Source: an uncultured Acidimicrobiales bacterium (lineage in GTDB: Bacteria; Actinomycetota; Acidimicrobiia; Acidimicrobiales; SHLQ01). From it: a stretch of 64,000 nt of DNA. The notes under the pieces are model-generated. The model was not told the DNA's origin. It searched no databases and worked only from the letters and a program-made list of their open reading frames with translations. This document shows, piece after piece, positions 40,694-50,253 of this stretch. The stretch lies in assembly GCA_938084885.1 (NCBI GenBank), contig CALKGG010000081.1:1083-65082 (forward strand), written 5' to 3'. The position numbers and the translations under genes are program-made. The stretch's first letter is position 1, and each line of letters opens with the position of its first letter.

Positions 40694-42223
40694 TTAGCCC
40701 TTGAGCCGCGGGAACAGCGGATCGCCAGTGGTGAGCGCAACGCCACCTGCGTACTGCCCCCAAGTCGCAGCATCGGGGAGCCGCTGATCGTCGACATTGC
40801 CGGTCATGCCAATACGTTCCCACGCGAGCTGCGCAGCGACCGGGATCGCAGGGGACGCCAAGATCGACACGATACGAATTGCCTCGAGCGAATCGCCCAT
40901 GACCCGATCGACGTCGGCTCCTGGTTCCATCTTCCACGGCTCTTTCGCCGCGAGATATTCGTTGGTTTCACGAATGAGGCGCCAGGTGGCGTCGAGAGCG
41001 ATCGGCGGCTGGGCGCGTGCCCATGCTTCGGTGGTCGCAGTGAACGCCTTTTCAGCTTCTGCCTTTAGTGGCGAGTCGCCATCACAGCTCGGAGCGAGGT
41101 CTCCGCATTTCTTTCCAGTCACGGTGATCACTCGTTGGACGAGGTTGCCGAACTGGTTGGCTAAGTCCGAGTTGTAGCGGACGATCATCTGCTCGTAGCT
41201 AAAGTCGCCGTCGGGTCCAAAGGATGGGTCTCGAAGGAAGTGGTAGCGAACGCCGTCGACGCCAAAGGGTACGAAGGCCTGTTCGTCGTCACCCTCGATG
41301 AGCTGCTTTGGCGTGACGCCGTTGAGTTTCGATTTCGACATTTTCTCGCCGCCGATGAGGAGCCACCCGTGCACATAGAACTTGGGAAGATCGGTGATTC
41401 CGGCAGCGAGCAACATCGCAGGCCAAAACACGCAGTGAAAACGGATGATGTCCTTACCAATCATGTGGTGTGCAGCCGGCCAGTACGTGCCAAACCGGTC
41501 TTCGTCCGCGCCATAGCCAACCGCTGTTGCGTAGTTGATCAGCGCGTCGTACCAGACATAAAAGACGTGCTTGTCATCCCACGGAACCGGCACACCCCAA
41601 TTGATCGAGGTGCGAGAAATGCTGATGTCTCGCACTTCTTGGCGCAGCAAGCCGAGCACTTCGTTGCGGTAGCCGTCGGGACGAACCTGATCACTGTGCT
41701 GTTCGTAGTGTTCGAGCAGCTGATCGGCGAATGCGCTGAGCTTGAAGAAGTAGTTGTCCTCACTCATGTGCTCGGCGGGGCGTTCATGCACCTTGCAGTT
41801 GCCGTCGTCGAGCTCGTCCTCGGTGTAGTAGGCCTCGCACCCAACGCAGTACAGGCCCTCAAAGGTGTCTGAGTAGATGTAGCCGTTGTCGTATGCCTTT
41901 TGCATCAACGTCTGAACCGCGAGGTGGTGGCGCTCTTCGGTTGTTCGAATGAAGTCATCGTTGCTTATGTTGAGCTGCTCCCACGCTTCGCGGAATCGGA
42001 CGCTGGTCGAATCGGCCTGCTCCAACGGCGTGACGCCGTTCTCTTCAGCGGTGCGCTGAATCTTGAGCCCGTGTTCGTCGGTGCCGGTGAGGAACATCGT
42101 GTCGTCCCCCATCAACCGATGCCACCGGGCAAACGCATCGGCGTTGATCGTGGTGTACGCATGGCCAATGTGGGGCGCGTCGTTGACGTAGTAGATCGGC
42201 GTGGTGATATAGAAGGTGCTCAC
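40694..42223 (-). CDS. metG: Methionine--tRNA ligase
   Basis: HIGH motif (PHIGHAYT) and KMSKS. Confidence 0.95.
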   Translation of the reverse strand: MSTFYITTPIYYVNDAPHIGHAYTTINADAFARWHRLMGDDTMFLTGTDEHGLKIQRTAEENGVTPLEQADSTSVRFREAWEQLNISNDDFIRTTEERHHLAVQTLMQKAYDNGYIYSDTFEGLYCVGCEAYYTEDELDDGNCKVHERPAEHMSEDNYFFKLSAFADQLLEHYEQHSDQVRPDGYRNEVLGLLRQEVRDISISRTSINWGVPVPWDDKHVFYVWYDALINYATAVGYGADEDRFGTYWPAAHHMIGKDIIRFHCVFWPAMLLAAGITDLPKFYVHGWLLIGGEKMSKSKLNGVTPKQLIEGDDEQAFVPFGVDGVRYHFLRDPSFGPDGDFSYEQMIVRYNSDLANQFGNLVQRVITVTGKKCGDLAPSCDGDSPLKAEAEKAFTATTEAWARAQPPIALDATWRLIRETNEYLAAKEPWKMEPGADVDRVMGDSLEAIRIVSILASPAIPVAAQLAWERIGMTGNVDDQRLPDAATWGQYAGGVALTTGDPLFPRLKG

Positions 42224-42326
42224 GACCTGATCCTATGTCGCCGGCGCCGCTGTCCCGACGAACTGGGCCACAACGCGACGTGTCGCTGCTGCAACTCGAG
42301 AGCGACACCCTCAACCGAATCCATTC

Positions 42327-43181
42327 TCAAGATGCTGAGAACTCGCCGCCATTTTCCGCGGCCTGGTGTATGCGTTCGATAATCTTGCCTTCGACTTCCG
42401 ACAGGAACTCCAGATCGCAGCGATACATCGCCACATGGTTCTCGCTGCGATGAACCGCATACGAAGGGTCTCCGTCGGCAATCCGGGACTCAATGTGGCG
42501 TACTGCGCCCTCAAGCCAACGTTCGAGCTGCGGAACGAGGTCCTGCCAATCGAACGACGATCCGTATTCATGGATGATCACCTCGAGACGGCTGAGCGGA
42601 TCAATGGCCGTTGACCAGCCATCCGATTGTCGCCGGTCGGGCGCTGACAAAGGACCGAACCGGTACGCAAGGTAGGCAATGTCGCGCATGCGGAGTCCGG
42701 GGCCAACGCGATCAAAATCGATCATTGCGACCGGCTCACCATGTCGAAACACCAGGTTGTACGGGGCGAAGTCGTGATGACATATGACCTCCGCAGGCTT
42801 CGAAGGGTCAGCGGGGTTCGGCCACGTTAGGTCCTCGTCCAAAAGTGGCAGCGAAACATCGTGGAAGGAGCGCAACATCCTTGTCGCCGAGCGCAGAGCC
42901 AATAGCGAAGTGAACCGATCATCGAGCGGATAGTGGCCCACGACACCGGGCACGTACGAGAGCACTTCGCGTCCCTCATTATCGATACCAAGGAAACGCG
43001 GACTGTGTGGATATCCCTCAGACTCGAGTACGTCGAGCAACCGGTGGACAGCGAACGCGGCCTCGACAGGCTCCCGACGCACCGTATCGCCCTTCCGAAC
43101 CACAACATTCGAATATCCGCCAGCCAACCGAGACGCACCCACAGGTGCCTTCGGCTCCCAAAACCGTCTGTCGTCGTTCAC
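42327..43181 (-). CDS. Phosphotransferase (APH/choline-kinase-like) family protein
   Basis: Catalytic loop ICHHDFAPYNLVF and metal-binding IDFD. Confidence 0.75.
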   Translation of the reverse strand: MNDDRRFWEPKAPVGASRLAGGYSNVVVRKGDTVRREPVEAAFAVHRLLDVLESEGYPHSPRFLGIDNEGREVLSYVPGVVGHYPLDDRFTSLLALRSATRMLRSFHDVSLPLLDEDLTWPNPADPSKPAEVICHHDFAPYNLVFRHGEPVAMIDFDRVGPGLRMRDIAYLAYRFGPLSAPDRRQSDGWSTAIDPLSRLEVIIHEYGSSFDWQDLVPQLERWLEGAVRHIESRIADGDPSYAVHRSENHVAMYRCDLEFLSEVEGKIIERIHQAAENGGEFSAS

Positions 43182-43313
43182 GCGGCACCCCTTCAGTCAC
43201 CGGCAGGTCGTACTTCACACCTCAACGTCACCGGGGTCTTTTCTACCAACAACTCACGCCGGCACGTCGTAGCCCAACAACAGATACTCGGAGCACTCGC
43301 CCATCTGTGCTGC

Positions 43314-44666
43314 TTAGGCGGTCGCGACTTCGCGAAGCTCGGGCCAACCGTCATTGTTTGCCACTGCGAGCTCGAGATCGGCGGCACTGGCAACCGCCGC
43401 TGCTGTTGTCGGGGCGGCGGCTTGGAGGCGGTCGATCTTGTCAAGGTTGCGCTGCAGCACGTTCGTGCGCGTTCCAGCGAGCGCTTCGAAGGAGTTCATT
43501 GCCTGGTTCATGTGCTTGCCGTGCCTATCGATGGCGTCGGAGTACTTGAGCCATTCTTTGCGAAAGCCGGTCAGGCACTCGAGGATCTCGGTGCTCTGAC
43601 GTTCGAGCATGAAGTTGTCCATTGCCTGGCGAACCACCTGCAGCACCGCAACGAGGGTGCTAGGCCCGCAGAGGACGATCTTTGACGCCATGGCGATGTC
43701 CATGAGATCGGCATCGTTTTCTTGAACGAAGGCAAAGATGCTCTCGTTTGGAATCAGCAACACGACGGTGTCGACCGAGTTCGCTTCCTCGTGATACTTG
43801 CGATCGGCCAACTCTTTGACTCGGGCGCGAGCGTCCTTGCTGAATTGCTTACGGAGCCCGTCAGCTGCGACCTCGTTCGTTCCTTCTGCTTCGAGGAACG
43901 CCAGGTAGTTGTCGGCCGGGAACTTGACGTCCATGTGCAGCACCATGTCGCGAGGCATCAGAAACGTGAAGTCTGGACGGCCACCGGACTCGATCCCCTT
44001 TTGCACCCGATAATTCACTCCTTCTTTCATGCCAGCGTGAATGAGCACATCCTGGGCCATCCGTTCGCCCCAGTTGCCACGCTTCTTTGAGCTCCCCAGC
44101 GCGTCGCGCAAACTGCCCGCTGTCAGTTGAAGCTGACCCGTCGCCTTTGCCGTCTCTTGGATCTGGTTGATGAGCATGCCGTGCTGTCCAGCCGTCTTTT
44201 CCTGCAACTCGGCCATCATCTTTTCGATCCGCTTCATCTCGCCGCGCAACTCGTGATTCTGCTTTTCGATGATCGACGTGCTCGCCTCATACTTCTGGTG
44301 CCCAAGGGCCATGTTCTTCTCGAGCTTCTCGGTGCCAAGGGCCATGTTCTTCTCAAGGTTTTCTGTGCCAGCACGCAGGCGCGCATCGAGCTTGGCGTCC
44401 GCCACCTCGCCCACTCGAGACATCGCAATGTCGACCGCCGCATGCATCGTTGTTTCACGGTCGCGCTCGAGCACGTCGGCGGTGGCAGCACGCTCAGCGA
44501 GTGTGACCTTCAACGCGGATTGCACCGCCGAATCAAGTGCTGCGTCACGAGCAGCCTCGGCGGTGGCCGTGGCTGTTCGATTCAGCAGCCAATAGACCGC
44601 AGCAAAGCCAATTGCCACGACGACAGCGAACAGGGTGAACAGGATGAGGATGGGGAGAAGTTCCAT
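43314..44666 (-). CDS. rmuC: DNA recombination protein RmuC
   Basis: N-terminal TM helix (MELLPILILFTLFAVVVAIGFAAVYWLL), a long coiled coil, and a C-terminal nuclease-like core (GGRPDFTFLMPRDMVLHMDVKFP). Alternative starts at 44696 and 44789. Confidence 0.85.
   Translation of the reverse strand: MELLPILILFTLFAVVVAIGFAAVYWLLNRTATATAEAARDAALDSAVQSALKVTLAERAATADVLERDRETTMHAAVDIAMSRVGEVADAKLDARLRAGTENLEKNMALGTEKLEKNMALGHQKYEASTSIIEKQNHELRGEMKRIEKMMAELQEKTAGQHGMLINQIQETAKATGQLQLTAGSLRDALGSSKKRGNWGERMAQDVLIHAGMKEGVNYRVQKGIESGGRPDFTFLMPRDMVLHMDVKFPADNYLAFLEAEGTNEVAADGLRKQFSKDARARVKELADRKYHEEANSVDTVVLLIPNESIFAFVQENDADLMDIAMASKIVLCGPSTLVAVLQVVRQAMDNFMLERQSTEILECLTGFRKEWLKYSDAIDRHGKHMNQAMNSFEALAGTRTNVLQRNLDKIDRLQAAAPTTAAAVASAADLELAVANNDGWPELREVATA
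44304..44369. repeat. In-frame 33-nt tandem duplication inside rmuC
   Basis: Encodes GTENLEKNMAL / GTEKLEKNMAL. The two DNA units differ at a few positions. Confidence 0.7.
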
Positions 44667-44750
44667 GAACGAGACTTTAAACGCGGGGTGTGACATTGGA
44701 TTTAGCGCCCAGCTGACTGGGGCATACGCGCGTGTTTCGGGCACAATCTC

Positions 44751-46265
44751 TTGGTGACAGAAGGCAGAGGAAAACGCAGCGGCGACCACAACGGGAGCGC
44801 CGAGGAATCAGGTCGCACCATCGGCGGGACACTGTCGATCGCCCTCGTGGCGGCGACCTCGGGGCTGGTGCTCGTCCTCGAGATCCTGGCCGGACGACTG
44901 TTGGCCCCCTACATTGGAGTTTCGCTCGACACCTTCACCGGCATCATCGGCACGATCCTCGCCGGTATCGCTGCTGGTGCGGCAATCGGCGGCAGTCTTG
45001 CTGACAAGCACGACCCGGTCCGCCTCATTGCCCGGGCGTTGTTCTTTGGCGGCGCGCTCACTTGGCTATCGATACCAATTGCCACAGCCCTCGGGCCAAA
45101 TCTCGGATCGGGGCCACCGGCGATCGTGACCCTCACCGCCGCCGCGTTTTTTCTTCCCGCAATGGTGCTCAGCGGCATTGGCCCTATGGTCACCAAGCTC
45201 GAGCTCGGCTCGCTCGAAGAAACAGGCTCGGTCGTCGGAAGGCTTTCGGCGGCAAGCACGTTCGGGGCGCTACTCGGCACCTTCGGTACCGGGTTCATCC
45301 TCATCACGATCCTGCCAGTCCGCACGATCATCTTCGGCGTCGGCGCGCTCCTGGTGCTCTCGGGCGTTGGCCTGTTTATCTACACAAAGCAAGCACGGCC
45401 AGACCTTCCCGAGATCGCCGCAGTGCTCGTCGCTGCCTTGGCCAGCTTTTTCATCCCCTCTCCGTGTGATCAAACCACCGACTACTACTGCGTGCGAATC
45501 GTGGCCGACGCCCCCGATGACCCTGATGGACGCAGCGGTGGACGCAGCCTTTGGATAGATCGGCTTCGCCACGCACACGTCGATCTTGACGACCCGCTGT
45601 TCCTCGACATCCGATACATGCGGCTGTTCGCAGACGCGGTCGAAGCTCACCCTGCGGGTGAGCCGCTGCGAGTGCTACACGTGGGAGGTGGCGGCTTCGT
45701 CCTCCCCCGCTACATCAACGAAGTGCGGCCGGGCTCGGAGAACATCGTGCTCGAACTCGATGACGACCTCGTCCGTATCGCCGAAGAGTCACTGGGGCTG
45801 TCCCCAGACGACAATCTCGACATCCGTACCGGCGACGCCCGCCTCCACCTCGAAGACCTCGAGAGCGGCTCGTTCGACCTCATCGTCGGCGACGCCTACG
45901 GCGGTTCGTCGGTTCCGTGGCACCTCACGACAAGCGAGGTGATGGCCGAGTTCGACCGGCTGCTCGGGAGTAACGGCCTCTACATCATGAACGTGATCGA
46001 CGGCGGCGAGAGCCGGTTTGCCCGGTCGCAACTGGCAACGGTCGGCGAACATTTCGAACAGCTCGCAGTGATCGAGCCCGAAGATGGCATCCCAGCGTTT
46101 GCGGTGAATCAGATTTTGCTGGCGTCGCACGTCGCAATCCCCGAGCTCGACATCGACCCAACCGATGGACGACTCGTCGATGGCGACGCGATCGACACCT
46201 ACATTGGCGACGATGCCATCATTCTGACCGACGATTTCGCACCCGCCGATCAACTTCTCCCCTAG
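44751..46265 (+). CDS. Fused membrane-domain / spermidine-synthase-like (aminopropyltransferase fold) protein
   Basis: About 230 aa of TM helices, then a methyltransferase-fold domain (VLHVGGGGFVLPRY, DLIVGDAY). The start is uncertain (TTG 44751 or GTG 44754). Confidence 0.75.
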   Translation: MVTEGRGKRSGDHNGSAEESGRTIGGTLSIALVAATSGLVLVLEILAGRLLAPYIGVSLDTFTGIIGTILAGIAAGAAIGGSLADKHDPVRLIARALFFGGALTWLSIPIATALGPNLGSGPPAIVTLTAAAFFLPAMVLSGIGPMVTKLELGSLEETGSVVGRLSAASTFGALLGTFGTGFILITILPVRTIIFGVGALLVLSGVGLFIYTKQARPDLPEIAAVLVAALASFFIPSPCDQTTDYYCVRIVADAPDDPDGRSGGRSLWIDRLRHAHVDLDDPLFLDIRYMRLFADAVEAHPAGEPLRVLHVGGGGFVLPRYINEVRPGSENIVLELDDDLVRIAEESLGLSPDDNLDIRTGDARLHLEDLESGSFDLIVGDAYGGSSVPWHLTTSEVMAEFDRLLGSNGLYIMNVIDGGESRFARSQLATVGEHFEQLAVIEPEDGIPAFAVNQILLASHVAIPELDIDPTDGRLVDGDAIDTYIGDDAIILTDDFAPADQLLP

Positions 46266-46340
46266 CCCAACCGCGCCAACACCAAACGACCGCACCAGCA
46301 ACGGGGTCTTGGTGGGTTCAGGTGGTGACGGCAATGCGGG

Positions 46341-47858
46341 CTAATCGACAGCCGGACCGGCCACCCGATCTTCCCAGGTCTTTGGGAAACGCAGGTCGGT
46401 GAAGGTACCCGTTTGGCCTTCAGGACCATTGCCCTTACCCATCGTAATCGTGCCGTTGAGCTCGGTTGTCACAAAGGTCTGCACCAGCGTGAGGCCCAAG
46501 CCGCTCGCATCGGCGAAATCGAAGTCCTCCGGCGGGCCCTGGCCGTTGTCAGACACGGTCACCACAAGCTCGTCATCGTTACTCTCGAATGCAACGGTCA
46601 CCACTCGCCCACCCTCGGGGCGAACATGATCGGGAAACGCATGATCGACCACGTTCTGCAACAACTCGGTAAGTACAACAGCCAACGGCATTGAACGAAT
46701 CAATGGCAGTCGACCAGCTTCGCCCTGCAACTCGAAACGAATTGGGCTGTCCGGGTCCTGCAGACCTTCCTCGATCAGGCGAATCAGCGGACGAGCAACA
46801 TCTTCAAACGGGGCATCATCACCCGACGCATCGTCAGAGAAGTCATTCGCCAACGTCTCGTGGACAATCGCAATCGCAGCGATCCGGCGAACCGACTCGG
46901 CCAACGCAAACTTTCCCTCCTCGGACTGCACCCGTCGAGCCTGCAACCGAAGTAGCGACGAGATCGTCTGCAAATTGTTCTTCACCCGATGGTGAATCTC
47001 CCGGATCGTCGCGTCCTTCGACACCAGAAGCCGATCACGGCGCTTTAACTCCGATACGTCACGAAGCAGAATGAACCCGCCATCGATCTCACCATGACGC
47101 AGCAGCGGTAGACACCGAGTCGAGACCGTCACGTCGCGACGATCGACCTCTTGAACGACCGACGTCTTCATGGCAAAAGCCGTGCGCACAAACGAGTCGT
47201 CTAGACCCAACTCGTCGACCCTCGACCGGTTGGGATTTCGATGAATGCCGAGCCGATGCAAAGCCGACATTGCGTTCGGCGACTGGAAAATGATCCGGCG
47301 CTCCTCATCAATCACTAACAATCCATCGCCCACCCGTGGCGCCCCGTACTGCGGATCGTTCTTGCCCGGGAATGGAAACGAACCCTCAGCGATCATCTGC
47401 ATCAACCGGTCCGACAGCGACAGATAGGTCTGCTCAAGCTTCAACAGATCACGGTTCGACAATCGCCGCTCACGGAGCACAACCCCAATGACCTCGCCGT
47501 CGCACACGAACGGCGCCGCCACAATGTCGGCTTTGCCATCAGGGAAATGCGGCCCGAGTGTTACTACGTCGGTTTGCAGCTGACCGCTACGAAACGCCGT
47601 GTCGACAAGTGGCCGATTCTCCGAACGATGACGATCGCCAACCGGATCGTGGGTATAGAGGGTTGGAGCAGTCGATGCCCGAACATTGCCAAGCACAACG
47701 TAGGTCTCTGGATCCTTTACCGTCGGCGCCAGCAGCAGCACGTCGCCCAAGGCCAGATCGGCTAGCAGGCCCCAACTGCGCATCAACCGCTGCACACGAG
47801 CGACTTGTTCCTTGTCGAATCCGGCGGCTTGACGAGCGAGATCGATCGGCGAGGTCAT
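46341..47858 (-). CDS. pdtaS: Cytoplasmic sensor histidine kinase, PdtaS type (GAF-PAS-HisKA_2-HATPase)
   Basis: H-box IHHRVKNNLQTISSLLRLQ and HATPase segment VSDNGQGPP. No TM segments. Confidence 0.8.
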   Translation of the reverse strand: MTSPIDLARQAAGFDKEQVARVQRLMRSWGLLADLALGDVLLLAPTVKDPETYVVLGNVRASTAPTLYTHDPVGDRHRSENRPLVDTAFRSGQLQTDVVTLGPHFPDGKADIVAAPFVCDGEVIGVVLRERRLSNRDLLKLEQTYLSLSDRLMQMIAEGSFPFPGKNDPQYGAPRVGDGLLVIDEERRIIFQSPNAMSALHRLGIHRNPNRSRVDELGLDDSFVRTAFAMKTSVVQEVDRRDVTVSTRCLPLLRHGEIDGGFILLRDVSELKRRDRLLVSKDATIREIHHRVKNNLQTISSLLRLQARRVQSEEGKFALAESVRRIAAIAIVHETLANDFSDDASGDDAPFEDVARPLIRLIEEGLQDPDSPIRFELQGEAGRLPLIRSMPLAVVLTELLQNVVDHAFPDHVRPEGGRVVTVAFESNDDELVVTVSDNGQGPPEDFDFADASGLGLTLVQTFVTTELNGTITMGKGNGPEGQTGTFTDLRFPKTWEDRVAGPAVD

Positions 47859-47924
47859 AGCTACGAACCCTACGTCAGGTTGCCAAGAGAGCCCGACACC
47901 CAGCCGAACAGGCGCGCCAACGCT

Positions 47925-49016
47925 CTAGGAGTCGTCGCCCCACAAGATGAGGCCAAGGTCGAGCAACGTGTCGGTAGACGTCGGCGAGTGCACATATCGC
48001 TCGACCGTCGCAACCGCATCTGCTGGCAAGCGATCGACGATCTCACGCTGCTGCACGGCCACTGCATGGCGTTCGAGCACATATTCAGCACCGGGTCCGG
48101 CCAGCTCGGTGCTGCGCTTGCTGAATGGGCTCTTCTCGTTGGCCAGCACCCGCCCAGCCACGTCCTTGACCCTTGCATTGGCAAACACCGCTGGTTCGAC
48201 CCCGTTGATCACGACCGCATCGAACGCAAGCTCTCGCTCGGCCAAAGAATCAGCCAACGTTGCTAACCGCGCTTCAAGATCGGTCGATGGCGCCGCAACC
48301 CCAAGGAACACGGCGTCGTTGCTCGCAAACTTTTTGGCCACTGATGAGGTGCGGGTCACCATGCCCGGCACAACGCTGCTCATCAGCTGGAAAAACTCGA
48401 CGACATCGGCAAAGAACTCGGCACCGAGGAGCCGATCGGCCAACGACGCAAAAGTCTTTGCAGCAGCGCTACTCATCAACGTGCCATCACCGCCCGTGAG
48501 CCACGAAAGCAACGGGCTACCAAAGAACTCAGCCACCCGCTCTGGGGCGTCGAAGAAATCGAGCGCGTTTTGCGACGGCGGAGTATCGACGATAATCAAC
48601 GCGTACTGATTCGAATTGATTGCCTCTTCCAGCCAGCCAAGCGCCGCGTAATCGTTGCCATGGACGAACGTGTCAGCGATCTTTCGATACACCGGGTTGG
48701 CAAAGATTCGCTCGGCAACTTCGCTGCTCGCCTCCGCCCGAACCATGTCGTCCCACGCAGGTCCCGGGTCGAGCATCGCCGCATACAAATTCGATGGCGC
48801 ACCATCGATGGGAACCTGCACGGCCTCGTTGCCGTCGATATCGATACCCAGCGCAGAGGCCAACCGGCGGGCCGGATCGATCGTCAGAACAAGCACATTG
48901 CCATCGACTCGCTGGCTCGCCGCAAGACCAAGGGCAGCGGACACGGTCGTCTTGCCCACGCCGCCGCTCCCGGCAACGACCACCAGCGAACGGTCTGCGA
49001 TGACCTCGCGAATCAC
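47925..49016 (-). CDS. ArsA/Get3-like ATPase (Rv3680-type)
   Basis: Deviant Walker A AGSGGVGKTT. 4-nt overlap with the upstream paralogue. Confidence 0.8.
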   Translation of the reverse strand: MIREVIADRSLVVVAGSGGVGKTTVSAALGLAASQRVDGNVLVLTIDPARRLASALGIDIDGNEAVQVPIDGAPSNLYAAMLDPGPAWDDMVRAEASSEVAERIFANPVYRKIADTFVHGNDYAALGWLEEAINSNQYALIIVDTPPSQNALDFFDAPERVAEFFGSPLLSWLTGGDGTLMSSAAAKTFASLADRLLGAEFFADVVEFFQLMSSVVPGMVTRTSSVAKKFASNDAVFLGVAAPSTDLEARLATLADSLAERELAFDAVVINGVEPAVFANARVKDVAGRVLANEKSPFSKRSTELAGPGAEYVLERHAVAVQQREIVDRLPADAVATVERYVHSPTSTDTLLDLGLILWGDDS

Positions 49017-49927
49017 AGCGACATCTCGTCAGCCAACGCCTCGCGAACTTCTTTTAGCAACTCTGGCACCACCCCAAACTCGGGCACATGCAGAATCGGC
49101 ACCCCATCGGGAAGTGTTGCCTGCAAGCGACCGTCGATCGCCGACGCCACATCAGCACGATCGAGACCGATCTGGATACCGTCCAACACGCCCGCAGCAC
49201 CAATAGACAACCGTGACGGCGGATTGGCCAACACGTCATCGAGCTCAGCGCGCAGCGAACGTGCATACAGCTGAGGACGAGTACGGTTCACCACCACCGC
49301 ACCAAGGCGCGCCGGCGTCGACTCGTGAAGCTTTGCAACAAACTCGATGGTCTCTGAAACCGGCACTTCCTCGGCCAACGTCACATTGATCACCGCAGTG
49401 ACCTCAGGATTACTCAGCAAGGCCACCATCCAACCCGTCTCTCGGGCGAGCCGACCAACAGGAGCAATCGCCGCAACCCCCTCGGGCGCCGCTAGCTCAC
49501 CAAGCAAATGACCGCTCGACGCTGCGTCGACCACCACAAGATCCCAATCACCAGACCGCGCCTCGTGGGCGTACTTGCCCACCAACAGCAATTCGGCAAC
49601 ACCGGGCGCAGCCGTCGCAACAAAGGAAAATGCCTTCGCGACCGGCCCCGCCACCGCGCCGAGCGGCCCCAACTGCAGGCGCACAAACTCGCTCAGCGAT
49701 GCCTGAGACTCGATTTGGATGACGCTCAGATTTCGGCGGACTTCGATTGCGTCATGTTCGGGTACGACCCCGAACATGCCAGCAGCACCAGGGCTACCGT
49801 CAGCCGAGATCAGCAGTGTCCGTTGATTTCGAAACGCCGAAAGCTCGGCGAGAGCAGCGGCCACCAATGACTTTCCGGTGCCGCCTTTCCCCCCGACAAT
49901 GAGCAGCCGGCGGTCGAGAATCGTCAT
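49013..49927 (-). CDS. ArsA/Get3-like ATPase (Rv3679-type)
   Basis: Deviant Walker A GGKGGTGKS. Confidence 0.8.
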   Translation of the reverse strand: MTILDRRLLIVGGKGGTGKSLVAAALAELSAFRNQRTLLISADGSPGAAGMFGVVPEHDAIEVRRNLSVIQIESQASLSEFVRLQLGPLGAVAGPVAKAFSFVATAAPGVAELLLVGKYAHEARSGDWDLVVVDAASSGHLLGELAAPEGVAAIAPVGRLARETGWMVALLSNPEVTAVINVTLAEEVPVSETIEFVAKLHESTPARLGAVVVNRTRPQLYARSLRAELDDVLANPPSRLSIGAAGVLDGIQIGLDRADVASAIDGRLQATLPDGVPILHVPEFGVVPELLKEVREALADEMSL

Positions 49928-49945
49928 AAGCCCGCAAGCTACCGA

Positions 49946-50173
49946 TCAGCCAAAGCCGATGGGGCGGTTCGAATCCTCGCTGCCGATTTCTACGTACGCG
50001 ATCTTCTCACCCGGAACACCGATCTGGCGACCCTTCTTGTCGGTGAGCCACAGCGTGTTTCCAGATGTTGTTGCCTGATCAACATCGGCCTTGACCGAAT
50101 CAGCAGACGCACCATCTGCGAGTTCGAGAGCGATTTCTTTGGCGGTGTAAGTAACACCAATTCGGATGTCCAC
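49946..50173 (-). CDS. DUF3107 family protein
   Basis: GTG start with GAGGAAG upstream. MDIRIGVTYTAKEIALEL...LWLTDKKGRQIGVPGEKIAYVEIG is typical of this small actinobacterial family. Confidence 0.75.
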   Translation of the reverse strand: MDIRIGVTYTAKEIALELADGASADSVKADVDQATTSGNTLWLTDKKGRQIGVPGEKIAYVEIGSEDSNRPIGFG

Positions 50174-50253
50174 GGACGCTTCCTCTTCTTCAGTTTCTAG
50201 AACGATGATTACTTGACGATGGTTGCTTGACGATAGTGCGGTGCAGTACCCAG

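Noticed and set aside
40692-40937. TatD ORF extension overlapping metG by about 240 nt.
   Set aside because: A GTG at 40691, 2 nt after the metG stop, gives the conserved TatD N-terminus (..WIDNHCH). The upstream part is Arg/Cys/Trp-rich and looks like noise.
42280-42308. Hairpin GTGTCGCT-N13-AGCGACAC between the phosphotransferase gene and metG, considered as a T-box or leader element for metG.
   Set aside because: It is too short for a T-box, with no specifier or T-box sequence visible. It is probably a simple stem-loop between genes.
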